Shown here: positions 19,112 through 29,466 of the stretch, piece by piece | How positions within the stretch are numbered: the stretch's first letter is position 1 | Layout: every line of letters begins with the position of its first letter | Source: Acidilobaceae archaeon | GTDB taxonomy: Archaea > Thermoproteota > Thermoprotei_A > Sulfolobales > Acidilobaceae | Length of the DNA stretch: 64,000 nt | Assembly: GCA_038824665.1 (NCBI GenBank) | Contig: JAWBBK010000003.1 | Location: forward strand, 318-64,317 | Direction of reading: 5' to 3' | Translations under genes and position numbers: made by a program | The notes under the pieces: model-generated | Told to the model about the DNA's origin: nothing | The model's input: only the letters and a program-made list of their open reading frames with translations | Database searches by the model: none

Positions 19112-20182
19112 TTGAGCAGAGATGGACTGTTTAAAGTGTTCGAATCTCAAGGCGAAGGCATAGCTGTCTACGTATCTCAAAACGTTGGAGTCCCTATAGG
19201 AGGCTCTTCGACTAAAAGACTAAGCTTAAAAATACCTAAAAACAAGCCTCGCGGTTTCGAGGTCGACTACAGCGTGTTAGCCGTAGGCGTTGAGATACCT
19301 CCTACTTTGGCTATCCCTCTTCGATGGAGACTAGAGCTAGATGGCGTAGCTATCTCGAGAGAGCTGAAGCCTCAGTTTACATCTCAGCTAGAAGAGACTC
19401 TTTACTCTAGGTCGCTTTTCGACATAAAGCCTCTTGTATCTCAAGGGAGAAGAGCTGAGACCTCTCACGCTGTTCTTAAAGCCTCATTTGATGCCGCACA
19501 TCCAATAGTGTTGAGAGACGTTAGCTTTTTCTCAGTTTATAGAAAGCCGGGCTCAAAACAAGCATACTCAGCTACCTACTACTCAGGAGTTCTTGTAATA
19601 GAACCGGGCTCAAAGCTTAGCTTCTCCTCTTCCTGTTCTAATCTTGAAAGTTCTCAAGCTACTGCATATGTCGCTTTACTGCTACCTTCGCCTTTGTCTA
19701 AAGTGTCTCTAACGTCTTCTGTGACCAGCGTTGTTGTCGAGGGAGCTGGATATAAAGTTGTAGAGATCCCTGTCTCCGCAAGAGGAGACGCTATAGCTAT
19801 AGAATACCATCAGTCAGAGATAAAGTTCTATCCCAGAAAGGCGGTAATAGCTGACGCGTTGTTTGTTTGTAACAAGTTAGATACTCCTAAGCTCTCTGTA
19901 AGACTTGAAAGTTTAGAGTTATCTGGAAGCGTTTTAAACTTAAAGCTCTCGTTGGAGAACCCTGATGAGAGAAGCGTTGACGACGTTGTTTTAAGCGTTA
20001 GACATGGAGTAATGAACGTAAAAGAGATCAGACTCTCTAGAGTTGAAGGTAAATCTATAACTCCCATCTCGCTCCCTGTAGACTTAAGCAAGATCTCCGT
20101 TAAACCACAAAGAATGATCATCAAAGTCGAGTGGGTTTACGACGGCATTCTTTCGAACTCTTTCCTTGAGGTCAAGCTATGA
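19112..20182 (+). CDS. Uncharacterised beta-rich protein, possible C-terminal Ig/CARDB-like domain
   Basis: 356-aa ORF whose stop overlaps the sua5 start; the C-terminus (LKLSLENPDE...ISLPV...IKVEW) looks Ig-like. Confidence 0.6.
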   Translation: MSRDGLFKVFESQGEGIAVYVSQNVGVPIGGSSTKRLSLKIPKNKPRGFEVDYSVLAVGVEIPPTLAIPLRWRLELDGVAISRELKPQFTSQLEETLYSRSLFDIKPLVSQGRRAETSHAVLKASFDAAHPIVLRDVSFFSVYRKPGSKQAYSATYYSGVLVIEPGSKLSFSSSCSNLESSQATAYVALLLPSPLSKVSLTSSVTSVVVEGAGYKVVEIPVSARGDAIAIEYHQSEIKFYPRKAVIADALFVCNKLDTPKLSVRLESLELSGSVLNLKLSLENPDERSVDDVVLSVRHGVMNVKEIRLSRVEGKSITPISLPVDLSKISVKPQRMIIKVEWVYDGILSNSFLEVKL

Positions 20183-21276
20183 GCGATAAGGATGAAGTCA
20201 TGATAGATACGAAGATTTTTAAAGTAGACCCCTTCGATCCAGACATTAATGTGATTAGACAAGCTGCATACGTCATAAAGCGAGGAGGTCTAGTGGCTTT
20301 TCCTACTGAGACCGTATACGGTCTCGGTTGTAATGCGTTTGATGCTAACGCCGCTAGAAAGGTCTTCGAAGCCAAAATGAGACCTCCTGACAACCCTCTG
20401 ATAGTTCATATTCATGACTTAGAGCAGTTGAAGCTAGTAGCGAAAGACGTTCCTGAAGAGGTTTACAAACTAGCTAGAAGGTTTTGGCCAGGTCCGCTCA
20501 CGTTAGTGTTAGAGAAGACACCTCAAGTACCGTCTATAGTGACTGGAGGTTTGAAAACAGTAGCCGTTAGACTTCCAGCCCATCCGGTAGCTTTGAAGCT
20601 GATAGAAGAAGCAGAAACGCCAATAGCTGCACCAAGCGCTAACATATCTGGAAGACCTAGTCCCACTTGCGGAGAACATGTGATCAAAGATCTAAAAGGT
20701 AGAATAGACGTTATAATAGATGCTGGAGAAACTCTTTATGGAGTCGAGTCGACTATCTTAGACGTGTTGCACGACCCGCCTAGAGTATTGAGACTAGGAG
20801 CATATCCTATAGAAGAGATAGAAAAAGAGCTGAACAAGAAAGTTGTTGTTCCAGACTTCGCTAAAGGACTTAAAGAAGCAGAGACTGCTCTGGCTCCCGG
20901 AATGAAGTACAGACATTACTCTCCGCAGACTCCTCTAGTGTTGATCGAAGCTCAAAGCTATGAGAGATTAGAGATATATGTTGACAAAATCTTAGACTTC
21001 TGTTTTCAGCTAATTAAAGAAGGAAGGAGAGTTGCCGTCTTGTCTTCAAAAGAGACTTCGAAAACCTATATAGAGAAAGGAATACCTGTCGTAGAGCTAG
21101 GTTCTAGAAACAATCCCTATGAGCTAGCTAAGAACTTATACCGAGCTCTGAGATCTCTTGACGAACTTAGAGTTGACGTAGTTGTAGCAGAAGGTTATGA
21201 AGAAACGGGTCTGAAGCTGACAGTTATGAGCAGACTAAGAAAAGCGTCCAGTCAGAGGATAGTTGTGAGCTTTTAG
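20179..21276 (+). CDS. sua5: Threonylcarbamoyl-AMP synthase Sua5
   Basis: VAFPTETVYGL, KMRPPDNPLIVH, FWPGPLT, APSANISG and APGMKYRHYSP motifs. Confidence 0.97.
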   Translation: MSDKDEVMIDTKIFKVDPFDPDINVIRQAAYVIKRGGLVAFPTETVYGLGCNAFDANAARKVFEAKMRPPDNPLIVHIHDLEQLKLVAKDVPEEVYKLARRFWPGPLTLVLEKTPQVPSIVTGGLKTVAVRLPAHPVALKLIEEAETPIAAPSANISGRPSPTCGEHVIKDLKGRIDVIIDAGETLYGVESTILDVLHDPPRVLRLGAYPIEEIEKELNKKVVVPDFAKGLKEAETALAPGMKYRHYSPQTPLVLIEAQSYERLEIYVDKILDFCFQLIKEGRRVAVLSSKETSKTYIEKGIPVVELGSRNNPYELAKNLYRALRSLDELRVDVVVAEGYEETGLKLTVMSRLRKASSQRIVVSF

Positions 21277-23420
21277 TCTTCTATATATCTCTCTAGCCCT
21301 TTGCCTCGACTTCTCTTGTAGCTCGAGACTCCCAAGAATTCCATTATGGCTTCTACTGTAGCTGGTCCTATTCCAGGTATCTTCAGAAGATCTTCAGGTC
21401 TAGCTAGCATCAAATCTTGAAGAGTTCTATAGCCAGCTTCGTAAAGTCTTCGAGCTCTGACCCTACCTATTTTAGGTATAGCTACTAAAGGCAGAAGTTC
21501 AAGCTTAACTCCGTGTCTCAACCTTTTCGCTAAAAGCGTAAGCTTATGCGAAAGATCGCGATGTCCAAACCCTATCGAAACCAATCCAGCTAAGCTTGAA
21601 GATATCCACTCAGCTGAGTCAACGAATACAGCTATGTCTCCAGGTCCTACATTGTGAGATTCTAGTATAGCGTCTTCTGAGACCTCGTTGACCCAGTCGT
21701 AAAGTACTAAAGCTGTACGTGCTGCTCGTGCTTCTCTCACGTCGTCCCAGTCTATGAGAGATGCAAGCTTAGGGTTTTCATCGAGTATTCTGTCTATCAC
21801 ATTGGACACATCTCTTCTCGAAGCCGGAAGTAGAGTCATATCTGGCATAGAGGTTACAATAAAAAGAGTCTCTAGGTCTCCGAACTCTAGCTCTTTAAGT
21901 CTCTCTAAAAGTTCTTTGAGAACCGGTACTGACTTAGGGTCTAGGTAGTTCTTTGAGACCTCTACTCCCAACGCTGTTGGAACATAACGACCTTCGTGCT
22001 CTTCAATTAATCCCCAAGACTTTAAGTGGTTTAACGCTATAGCTACTTGATGTGTCACCTCTTCTGCTTTCTTCTCTCTAGCGTAAAGCGTTTTAGACAC
22101 TATCCTAAGGATCTCTTCAAGTGAAGAGGCTAGTCCAGAAGCCACTAGACCTAGCACTGTATGTCTAAGCCCTCTAAGTCCTCCTAACATGCTTGAAATA
22201 GGCTCTGTCTCTCCTCTAGCATAAGAGTTCAACAGTTCATCCACGTCTTCAGTGCTATCAGACACTATGACAGCCTCTCCGTAGGGGTCGAAACCCGGTC
22301 TTCCCGCTCTACCGGCTAGCTGTTTGTACTCAGCTACGCTGATAGGCTTCCAAAACCCTTCTTCGAATCTGTAGATATCGTCAACTATGACTCTTCTAGC
22401 GGGAAGATTAACTCCTGCCGCTAGCGTAGGAGTAGCTGAAATGGCCGCTAGTCCTCCGCGTCTGAAAGCGTCTTCTATAGCTCGTCTCTGAGCGCTAGAA
22501 AGTCCCGCGTGATGATAGCTTACTCCTCTCTTAACCAAGTTAGCTATCTCTTCTTTCAAGCTCTTAGGTCCGTCCATACTTATGATCTCTGAAGCCGTTT
22601 CTTTAGCTACCGTCTCATCAAAATACAATTTAGATGAATATTTAGCGATCCTTTCTGCAGCTATTACAGCTTTCCTTCTAGCTTGAACGAAGACAAGAGC
22701 TTGACCTCCGTTTTTATTTATATCTATGACCAGGTCGATCGAAGCTACGCCGCTAACCTTGTTGACTCTATGAGACTCTCCGTTAGAGTATTTGATCAGA
22801 CCGTCCCAGTAAACTCCTTCTCTTAGCGGAACAGGTCTCCAATCGCTTACCACAAGTTTAGCTTCGAGCCATTCCGCTATCTCTTTAGCGTTGGGAACTG
22901 TAGCGCTTAACCCAATGATTTGAGGAGAGCTTTTTGCTGCAAGAAGTTTAGCTATGAGAGACTCTAAAACAGGTCCTCTTTCTGGATCTCCAACATAATG
23001 TATTTCGTCTACTACGAGAACTGCAAGAGAGTCGATCAGTTGAGGGTTGTTTCTCAAAAGAGAGTCCAGCTTTTCGTATGTAGTTACTATTAGGTTTCCT
23101 TCTACGTCTCCTTCGCTGTAATCTCCTACGCTAACGCCTACTCTAAAGCCTAGAGCCTCTAGCTTTTTAACCTCTCTGTACTTCTCAAGAGCTATGCTCT
23201 TCAAAGGGACAGTATAGACTGCTCGTTTTTCTCTCTCTTCATGAAGTCTGTTAACTATAGCTATTAGCCCTATAAGAGTCTTCCCTGAAGCTGTTGGAGC
23301 CGCTACTACTAAATTATGGCCTTTCTCTACGCCTGCTTCAAGAGCTTGTCTTTGAGGAGGAAACAACTCTTTGTAGCCAATGAGGTCTAGTAGCTTGGCT
23401 GTGACCTCGCTAATCTTCAT
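21273..23420 (-). CDS. hel308: Ski2-like DNA helicase Hel308
   Basis: PTASGKT, DEIH, SAT, HHAGL, TPTLAAGVNLPA, GRAGRP and C-terminal RAR/HhH. Confidence 0.96.
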   Translation of the reverse strand: MKISEVTAKLLDLIGYKELFPPQRQALEAGVEKGHNLVVAAPTASGKTLIGLIAIVNRLHEEREKRAVYTVPLKSIALEKYREVKKLEALGFRVGVSVGDYSEGDVEGNLIVTTYEKLDSLLRNNPQLIDSLAVLVVDEIHYVGDPERGPVLESLIAKLLAAKSSPQIIGLSATVPNAKEIAEWLEAKLVVSDWRPVPLREGVYWDGLIKYSNGESHRVNKVSGVASIDLVIDINKNGGQALVFVQARRKAVIAAERIAKYSSKLYFDETVAKETASEIISMDGPKSLKEEIANLVKRGVSYHHAGLSSAQRRAIEDAFRRGGLAAISATPTLAAGVNLPARRVIVDDIYRFEEGFWKPISVAEYKQLAGRAGRPGFDPYGEAVIVSDSTEDVDELLNSYARGETEPISSMLGGLRGLRHTVLGLVASGLASSLEEILRIVSKTLYAREKKAEEVTHQVAIALNHLKSWGLIEEHEGRYVPTALGVEVSKNYLDPKSVPVLKELLERLKELEFGDLETLFIVTSMPDMTLLPASRRDVSNVIDRILDENPKLASLIDWDDVREARAARTALVLYDWVNEVSEDAILESHNVGPGDIAVFVDSAEWISSSLAGLVSIGFGHRDLSHKLTLLAKRLRHGVKLELLPLVAIPKIGRVRARRLYEAGYRTLQDLMLARPEDLLKIPGIGPATVEAIMEFLGVSSYKRSRGKGLERYIED

Positions 23421-23426
23421 TAGCTC

Positions 23427-25523
23427 TCACACGGTTGAGTAACACTCGCTATACTTTTCGATTATAAGCCCGTCTCTGTGAAGTTTTTCGAGAGCCTCCA
23501 TCACTTTACTTTCGTGAACAGCAGGATACTTGGACGTGATCTCCTTTACGATCTCTGACACTTTAATACAGGACTCTTTGCCGGCTTTTTTGATTATATC
23601 GTGTACTTCCATCATCAGCTTTCTCTGAGCAAAGCTAGCTCCTGTCATTATTGCAGAAACGTCTACTGTTCCGCTTTCTATGTCAAGTCCTACGCTTTCT
23701 AAAAACGCGAGCATAAGCCTTATTGCAGCTATAGCGTCTTCTTCTAAGATCTCGTTTCTTAACGCCATTCTTGCGTGAGCTCCAGCTATTCTGATCAAAG
23801 CTTCTAGCTGTCTAGCAGTGATCGGTATTGGAGTCTGACCTGTTTGTTGATAGTGGAGAGCTGTGCTTCTCATCTCAACGAAGAAGTCCTCTATGATCTT
23901 TTCTGCAACAGGTGTGAGCTCTGGTCTGACATATCTTCTAGCGTATATTATATACTTTTTCAGAAGCTCTGGATCTATGTCGGGCTTGAATCTCTCTCCT
24001 ATGCTATGAGCCCTAAGTATGTACCTAGCTAGCTGTCTGTCTCTTTCAACTTCAATTATATCTCTCACGACAAATATGAGGTCGAATCTTGAAAGAATCG
24101 TAGGAGGTAAGTTCACGTTGTCTATGAACGATTTGGTAGGGTCGTAGACTCCGAACTTCGGGTTGCCTGCTGCGAGAATTGTCGTTCTAGCGTTGAGTCT
24201 AGCCACAATGCCTGCTTTAGATATGCTTATGATCTGTTGTTCCATAGCTTCGTGTATAGCTATTCTGTCGTTCTTCTCCATTTTGTCGATCTCGTCTATT
24301 ACTGCTACTCCTCCGTCAGCTAACACTAGAGCTCCTGCTTCTAAATAATACTCTCCGGTCTTCGGGTCCTTTAGAACCGCTGCCGTCAGTCCTGCTGCAG
24401 TAGAGCCTTTGCCTGTGGTGTAGACAGCTCTAGGAGCAAGCCTATAGCCTGCTTGCAATAACTGGCTTTTTGCAACTCCAGGGTCTCCTATCATAAGTAT
24501 ATGTATATCGCCTCTTATTCTAGTCCCATCGGGAAGCACTCTTGGAGCGCTTCCAAAAAGGCTTACAGCTATAGCTTCCTTTATGTCCCAATATCCATAA
24601 ATGCTTGGAGCTATGCTGGCTATGATCCTTTCTTTGATCCAAGGATCTCTAGCCAACTGTTTGATCTTCTCTTCGTCTTCACGAGTTATGCTCACTTCCT
24701 CTAAAACTCTTTCTGAAACCTTCACGCTGTTAGCTTCTATAAATATGTTAAAGTAAGGACTTCTCTCTCCCATAGAAGACTCAAGACTCACCACTCCAAC
24801 TATAGTGACTCTGTCTCCAGGTCTAGCCGAATCTACCAGATCGTGAGTAAGCTGAACCTCAATGTTTCTTGGCATCTGACCTCCAGGAACGTCTTCAGGC
24901 TTCTCTTGAACTACTATCCTTTGCCAGTCTATGAATTCAGACTCTTCGCGAAGAAGCAGAAACTTGCCTCCACTCTGAAGACATTTAGGACATACAGTCG
25001 GCTTTTCTATCTTTTCCCCTATCTCTTCATCTTCAGGAGGCCAAGCGAACGTCTCATTACAAACAAACTGTCCTCCTTCGTATTTTTCGTGTCTGTAGAA
25101 GGCCTTGACGAGCTTGCTCTTGACGGGATGCATTCTCGTTATTATCCCTTCGATCTGAACGAGCTTACCTATATGTTCGCTCCTCACGTCTCTTATTTTC
25201 AGCGTATCGATCAGATTAGTGATCCTAACGAAAAACCTCTTCTTCTTATCGGCTACCTCTGGAAACTCTTGAGCTACAAGTTCTCTAACGGCTTCGCTCG
25301 CCTCTTTCAACACACTTCTCGGTCTATCGATAATGTCTTCAGCAAGTCTGCTGTCGAATCTATAGAGGTCTGTGAACTCTATATAGAGGCTCGTAGCTCC
25401 ATAGCTAGCCATTCTTCTAAGCCTTTCGAGATATTTGAGTCTACCCGTCTCATCTCTGAAGTTCAATATGAACTCTCTGAACCTCTCTAAATACCCTAGC
25501 TGAGCTATAGTCTCTTCAGCCAC
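23427..25523 (-). CDS. mcm: Replicative helicase MCM
   Basis: GDPGVAKSQ, AAGLTA, IDEIDKM, EAMEQQ and SRFD; no intein. Confidence 0.98.
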   Translation of the reverse strand: MAEETIAQLGYLERFREFILNFRDETGRLKYLERLRRMASYGATSLYIEFTDLYRFDSRLAEDIIDRPRSVLKEASEAVRELVAQEFPEVADKKKRFFVRITNLIDTLKIRDVRSEHIGKLVQIEGIITRMHPVKSKLVKAFYRHEKYEGGQFVCNETFAWPPEDEEIGEKIEKPTVCPKCLQSGGKFLLLREESEFIDWQRIVVQEKPEDVPGGQMPRNIEVQLTHDLVDSARPGDRVTIVGVVSLESSMGERSPYFNIFIEANSVKVSERVLEEVSITREDEEKIKQLARDPWIKERIIASIAPSIYGYWDIKEAIAVSLFGSAPRVLPDGTRIRGDIHILMIGDPGVAKSQLLQAGYRLAPRAVYTTGKGSTAAGLTAAVLKDPKTGEYYLEAGALVLADGGVAVIDEIDKMEKNDRIAIHEAMEQQIISISKAGIVARLNARTTILAAGNPKFGVYDPTKSFIDNVNLPPTILSRFDLIFVVRDIIEVERDRQLARYILRAHSIGERFKPDIDPELLKKYIIYARRYVRPELTPVAEKIIEDFFVEMRSTALHYQQTGQTPIPITARQLEALIRIAGAHARMALRNEILEEDAIAAIRLMLAFLESVGLDIESGTVDVSAIMTGASFAQRKLMMEVHDIIKKAGKESCIKVSEIVKEITSKYPAVHESKVMEALEKLHRDGLIIEKYSECYSTV

Positions 25524-26133
25524 TTCTGGTCCTCCCCACTATTTTTTTAATATACTCTCTCCAGCTTGAAACCAACTTAATGAGATGTTCGTAGAGCACC
25601 AGCTCTTCTATGGTGATCTTCGTCTTCATACTTACGTCTTGAGAGTAAGCAAGTTTGAGAAGCTTAAGAAGCCTTGTTTCAGCTATATCGACAACGTTCT
25701 TTTCAGCTGTGTCTCTATCTCTTAAGAACATATGTGAAGGGTTTTCTCGGATCACTTTATCTATTTTCTCTAAAAAGTCTTTGACTCGTAGATAGAAGTC
25801 TTGTTGAAAGGCTACTAGCTCTCCTGGAGGATTTCTCCGCTCTCTGAAGTGAAGGGTGTTGATAGTATCTAAATCTATTTCGCTGTCTCTAACCTCTACA
25901 TAGCCTTTGGCTTTAAGTAATCGCGCCTGCCAACGAGGGAGCTCAAGCTCGTCTCCTCTTCTGACTGAAATTAACCCCATGGGGGTTGGAAGTCTGGGGT
26001 AGTCTCTCAGAAAAACTACTCGAGACCTCCTCATTTCATAGTCTAGCCAGGCGAGTTCAAACTTATCTAACAGCAAGCTCTTGTCCCCATTCGTTAGACT
26101 GCTGAGAGAGGTAATCGTTTTTCCTCGAATCAC
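25516..26133 (-). CDS. gins23: GINS complex subunit Gins23
   Basis: ELPRWQA..L...G.VE B-domain then helical A-domain; immediately upstream of mcm. True start probably near 26076. Confidence 0.88.
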   Translation of the reverse strand: MIRGKTITSLSSLTNGDKSLLLDKFELAWLDYEMRRSRVVFLRDYPRLPTPMGLISVRRGDELELPRWQARLLKAKGYVEVRDSEIDLDTINTLHFRERRNPPGELVAFQQDFYLRVKDFLEKIDKVIRENPSHMFLRDRDTAEKNVVDIAETRLLKLLKLAYSQDVSMKTKITIEELVLYEHLIKLVSSWREYIKKIVGRTRSG

Positions 26134-26202
26134 TTTAAGACCTCTCGCCTAATGAGGTATCCACCTACGAGAGCCTGTAACGAACTCTTCGAAATCCAAA
26201 TG

Positions 26203-26283
26203 TCCTGTGCCCCGCCCCTGACCCCCTCTCCACATACAAAGCCGTGACGCGGCTCGGTTCAGAAGGGTTACCCTAGCGGGGCC
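26203..26283 (-). ncRNA. Candidate H/ACA pseudouridylation guide RNA
   Basis: Basal stem GCCCCGC/GCGGGGC, internal pocket, upper stem with CUGA/AUGUGGA K-turn-like motif, followed directly by ACA. Confidence 0.6.
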
Positions 26284-26328
26284 ATATTAGATAACGTATT
26301 CGTGAAAGCTAAAGAGCTTCAAAAGGGT

Positions 26329-26859
26329 TCAACTCTTCTCTGTGAAAAACTTTGGCAACTTGACCCCCCTTTGTTTCTGATAGTCTCCTGAATAAGGCGT
26401 TGCTGGAACTCCTAACTTGACTAAAACTAAATGTAGAAACCTATCGCCTGCGTAAAGCTTAACCGGAAAGCTCGAGCCTATTATTTCTATAGTGAGCTGT
26501 CCTTCGAAACCGGCGTCTACAACCGTTGAAGGTATGTAGAGTCCTGTTCTAGCCCAAGTGCTTCTTAAATTCACCAAGCCGGCAAGATAAGAAGGGAGCT
26601 TGACGTATTCTAGCGTATGAAGCAACATGTGCTCTTTAGGTCTCACGATTATCTCATCAGATTCTGAACACTCGTAAAACTCTTGAGGATCTCCAGGGCT
26701 TCTAGGGTCTAACACTTTAAGCGTTTCTTTGAATCTACAAAACCCTCTTCCGAGCCTCAGGTCTAAACCGTTTTCTCTAATTATCTCTGGACTGAAAGGC
26801 TCGATAGAAAGCTCTCCCGATTTGATTAAGATCGTTATCTCTCGATCGCTTAATATCAC
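26329..26859 (-). CDS. dcd: dCTP deaminase
   Basis: MILSDREI, GLDLRLG, LRSTWARTG, VDAGFEGQLTIE and YSGDYQ motifs. Confidence 0.96.
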   Translation of the reverse strand: MILSDREITILIKSGELSIEPFSPEIIRENGLDLRLGRGFCRFKETLKVLDPRSPGDPQEFYECSESDEIIVRPKEHMLLHTLEYVKLPSYLAGLVNLRSTWARTGLYIPSTVVDAGFEGQLTIEIIGSSFPVKLYAGDRFLHLVLVKLGVPATPYSGDYQKQRGVKLPKFFTEKS

Positions 26860-26990
26860 GAACTCTCACCCGCTCTTCCACAGCCCTAGAAGCTTAAAAT
26901 TGAAGTAGCGACGTGCTGAAGTTAAGAAGGTTCAACTAGCTTGAAGAACACGAACGTTATAAGACCAGCCGACGAACTGGTACGGTCTAG

Positions 26991-27067
<77 letters not shown>

Positions 27068-27123
27068 GCTCTTACTACCTTATATAAGGCTGACTTCTAG
27101 CAAAGCTCGTAAAGGGTTGAAGA

Positions 27124-28587
27124 TTGAACCTAGAGTCTGGAAGACAACCGGGTAGAGTCCAGTGGTCTAACAACTTCTCTCGATGGTTTGAAGATTTCAT
27201 AGAGAAAGCTGAAGTCTACGACTATGGAAGATATCCGGTTAAAGGAATGGGCGTCTGGTTGCCTTATGGCTTTCAGCTTAGGAGAAGAGTTCTTGATCTT
27301 CTCAGAAGTCTTCTTGATGAGACTGGACACGAGGAAGTACTGTTTCCGCTCCTCATTCCTGAAGAATTGCTGAAAAAAGAGACTGAACACATCAGAGGTT
27401 TCGAAAACGAAGTTTATTGGGTCACTCACGGAGGTCTAGAGCCTCTCGACGTTAAGTTGGCCTTGAGGCCTACTAGCGAGACAACTATAACGTATTTTGA
27501 GAGCCTCTGGATAAAAAGCTACAAACAATTACCTAAGAAGTACTATCAGATAGTCAGTGTGTTCAGATATGAGACTAAAGCTACTAAGCCTATGATTAGA
27601 TTAAGAGAAGTGACTACGTTCAAAGAAGCGCATACTGTACATCACAGCTTCGAGGACTCAGAGAAACAGATTCTCGAAGCTGTAGAAATCTATAAGAAGT
27701 TCTTCGATAGACTTGGCATACCTTACGCTATATCCCGAAGACCTGAGTGGGACAAGTTCGCTGGGGCTCTCTACACGATAGCTTTCGACACTATAATGCC
27801 GGATGGGAAGGTGCTTCAAATAGGCACAGTTCACAACCTAGGACAGAACTTCACTAAAGCTTTTGGCTTCAGGATACAGCTAGCTGACGGAACTCTAGAC
27901 TATCCTTGGCAAACCAGCTATGGGGTTAGCGATAGAGTGATAGCTACGCTTATATCGATTAACGGCGATGATAGAGGATTAGTGCTTCCACCTGAAGTAG
28001 CTCCTATACAAGTCGTCATAATACCGATCCCCTCGAGTAGTCCCGAAGAAAACGCCAAGATAAGTCAGATAGTCAAAAAGATAGCGGACGAACTTAAGAG
28101 AGAAGGAGTGAGAGTCCATATCGACGATAGAGAGGACTTGAGACCAGGAGCCAAGTACTACTATTGGGAAGCCAAAGGCGTACCGTTGAGAATAGATGTA
28201 GGAGCTGAGGAGTACAGAGCTGAGGCTTTGACCATAGTGCGTAGAGACACTTTAACCAAGACCAGAGTTCCTTTCGAAGAAGTCGTTACAGTTGTGAAGA
28301 AGCTTTTAGATAGCACAACTGAGTATTTAAAGAAACGTAATTGGGAGTTCTTCAAGTCGAGAACTTATAGCGTAGACAACGTTGAAGAAGCAACAACTGT
28401 TTTGAAAGAGAATGGAGGTATAGTAGAAGTTCCCTGGTGTGGTCTCGAGAGTTGCGCTAAAAAGCTAGAAGAGCTCATAGAAGCCAGATGTCTTGGAACT
28501 CCGTGGCCTCGCAGAGAAGCTGATGGATACTGTCTTGTCTGCTCTAGAAGAGCTGTAGCTCAACTAAGGTACGCCAAGACATATTAG
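27124..28587 (+). CDS. proS: Proline--tRNA ligase
   Basis: [27 protein letters not shown] and C-terminal AKTY. Confidence 0.98.
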   Translation: MNLESGRQPGRVQWSNNFSRWFEDFIEKAEVYDYGRYPVKGMGVWLPYGFQLRRRVLDLLRSLLDETGHEEVLFPLLIPEELLKKETEHIRGFENEVYWVTHGGLEPLDVKLALRPTSETTITYFESLWIKSYKQLPKKYYQIVSVFRYETKATKPMIRLREVTTFKEAHTVHHSFEDSEKQILEAVEIYKKFFDRLGIPYAISRRPEWDKFAGALYTIAFDTIMPDGKVLQIGTVHNLGQNFTKAFGFRIQLADGTLDYPWQTSYGVSDRVIATLISINGDDRGLVLPPEVAPIQVVIIPIPSSSPEENAKISQIVKKIADELKREGVRVHIDDREDLRPGAKYYYWEAKGVPLRIDVGAEEYRAEALTIVRRDTLTKTRVPFEEVVTVVKKLLDSTTEYLKKRNWEFFKSRTYSVDNVEEATTVLKENGGIVEVPWCGLESCAKKLEELIEARCLGTPWPRREADGYCLVCSRRAVAQLRYAKTY

Positions 28588-28621
28588 GTTAGAGGTCAGC
28601 TTCTCGGAAGGAGTAGTCGAA

Positions 28622-28909
28622 ATGGTGAAGAAAAGAGAAAGTAGAGGGAGAAGAAAAGGAGATAAAGGTAAGTCCAAAGCTATTCAGTGTGATAACTGCG
28701 GTAGGATCATTCCTTCAGACAAAGCTATATGTGTAACCAGAATGTACGCTCCGATAGAGCCTTCTTTGGCTAAAGAGTTGGAGAAGAAAGGAGCAGTGAT
28801 AATGAGATATCCTATTGAAAAATGTTATTGTATAAGTTGCGCTATATTCTATGGAGTTGTAAGGATAAGAGCTGAAGAAGAGAGGAAACCTAAGACCTTA
28901 GAGATATAG
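28622..28909 (+). CDS. rps26e: 30S ribosomal protein S26e
   Basis: KKRESRGRRKGDKG...CDNCGRIIP.DKAI...YCISCAI. Confidence 0.96.
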   Translation: MVKKRESRGRRKGDKGKSKAIQCDNCGRIIPSDKAICVTRMYAPIEPSLAKELEKKGAVIMRYPIEKCYCISCAIFYGVVRIRAEEERKPKTLEI

Positions 28910-28941
28910 TTCTCTCTTTGAAACCTGAGGTTGGCTTTTAG

Positions 28942-29466
28942 TTGAGCTTCAACTTAATAGTAACCCACTTACCTGGACCTTATGCCAAGAGGAGAGCTAG
29001 AGAGATACTAGAACAACTTTTAGATATCTCTATCTTAGAGTCGAGACCAAACGTTCTGATATGTAGAGTCCCAGATCCTCTTAACGCAATAGAACAATTA
29101 CGACGTCAACTGCCTCTCAAATCGCCAATATTGAGAGCGATTCCGGTTACAGCTGTGACAAGACCTAGAGTTGAAGACGTTAAAAGAGTAGTGATGGAAG
29201 CCGTGAGTTCTTTGCCAGAAGGTTCTTTCGCTGTGAGAATAGACGGTAGACTTTGGAGCTCTTCAGGCGAACCTTTGAGCAAGCTCGATGCTGTAAAGAT
29301 CATAGCTGAAAATATAGATAGAAAAGTAAACTTGAAGAATCCTGACATCCTTGTTTACGTTAAGGTGATCAGATTCAGAGGGAGAAGGTGGGCAGCTGTT
29401 TACGTTGGTCATCCTAGCTTCGTGTTTTCTACCGTCAAGTCTCTCGGAGACCGTTCTTTAGGATGA
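28942..29466 (+). CDS. THUMP domain protein
   Basis: ILRAIPV, SFAVRI and RKVNLKNPD motifs. Confidence 0.88.
   Translation: MSFNLIVTHLPGPYAKRRAREILEQLLDISILESRPNVLICRVPDPLNAIEQLRRQLPLKSPILRAIPVTAVTRPRVEDVKRVVMEAVSSLPEGSFAVRIDGRLWSSSGEPLSKLDAVKIIAENIDRKVNLKNPDILVYVKVIRFRGRRWAAVYVGHPSFVFSTVKSLGDRSLG

Noticed and set aside
24843-25490. 215-aa plus-strand ORF and the many other short antisense ORFs in the track
   Set aside because: They are shadow frames fully overlapping well-supported genes, with Ser/Phe/Leu-rich antisense composition.
23427-25523. Intein in MCM as the source of the Hint ORF
   Set aside because: MCM is continuous and of normal length; no inteins were seen in Hel308, XPD or IleRS either.
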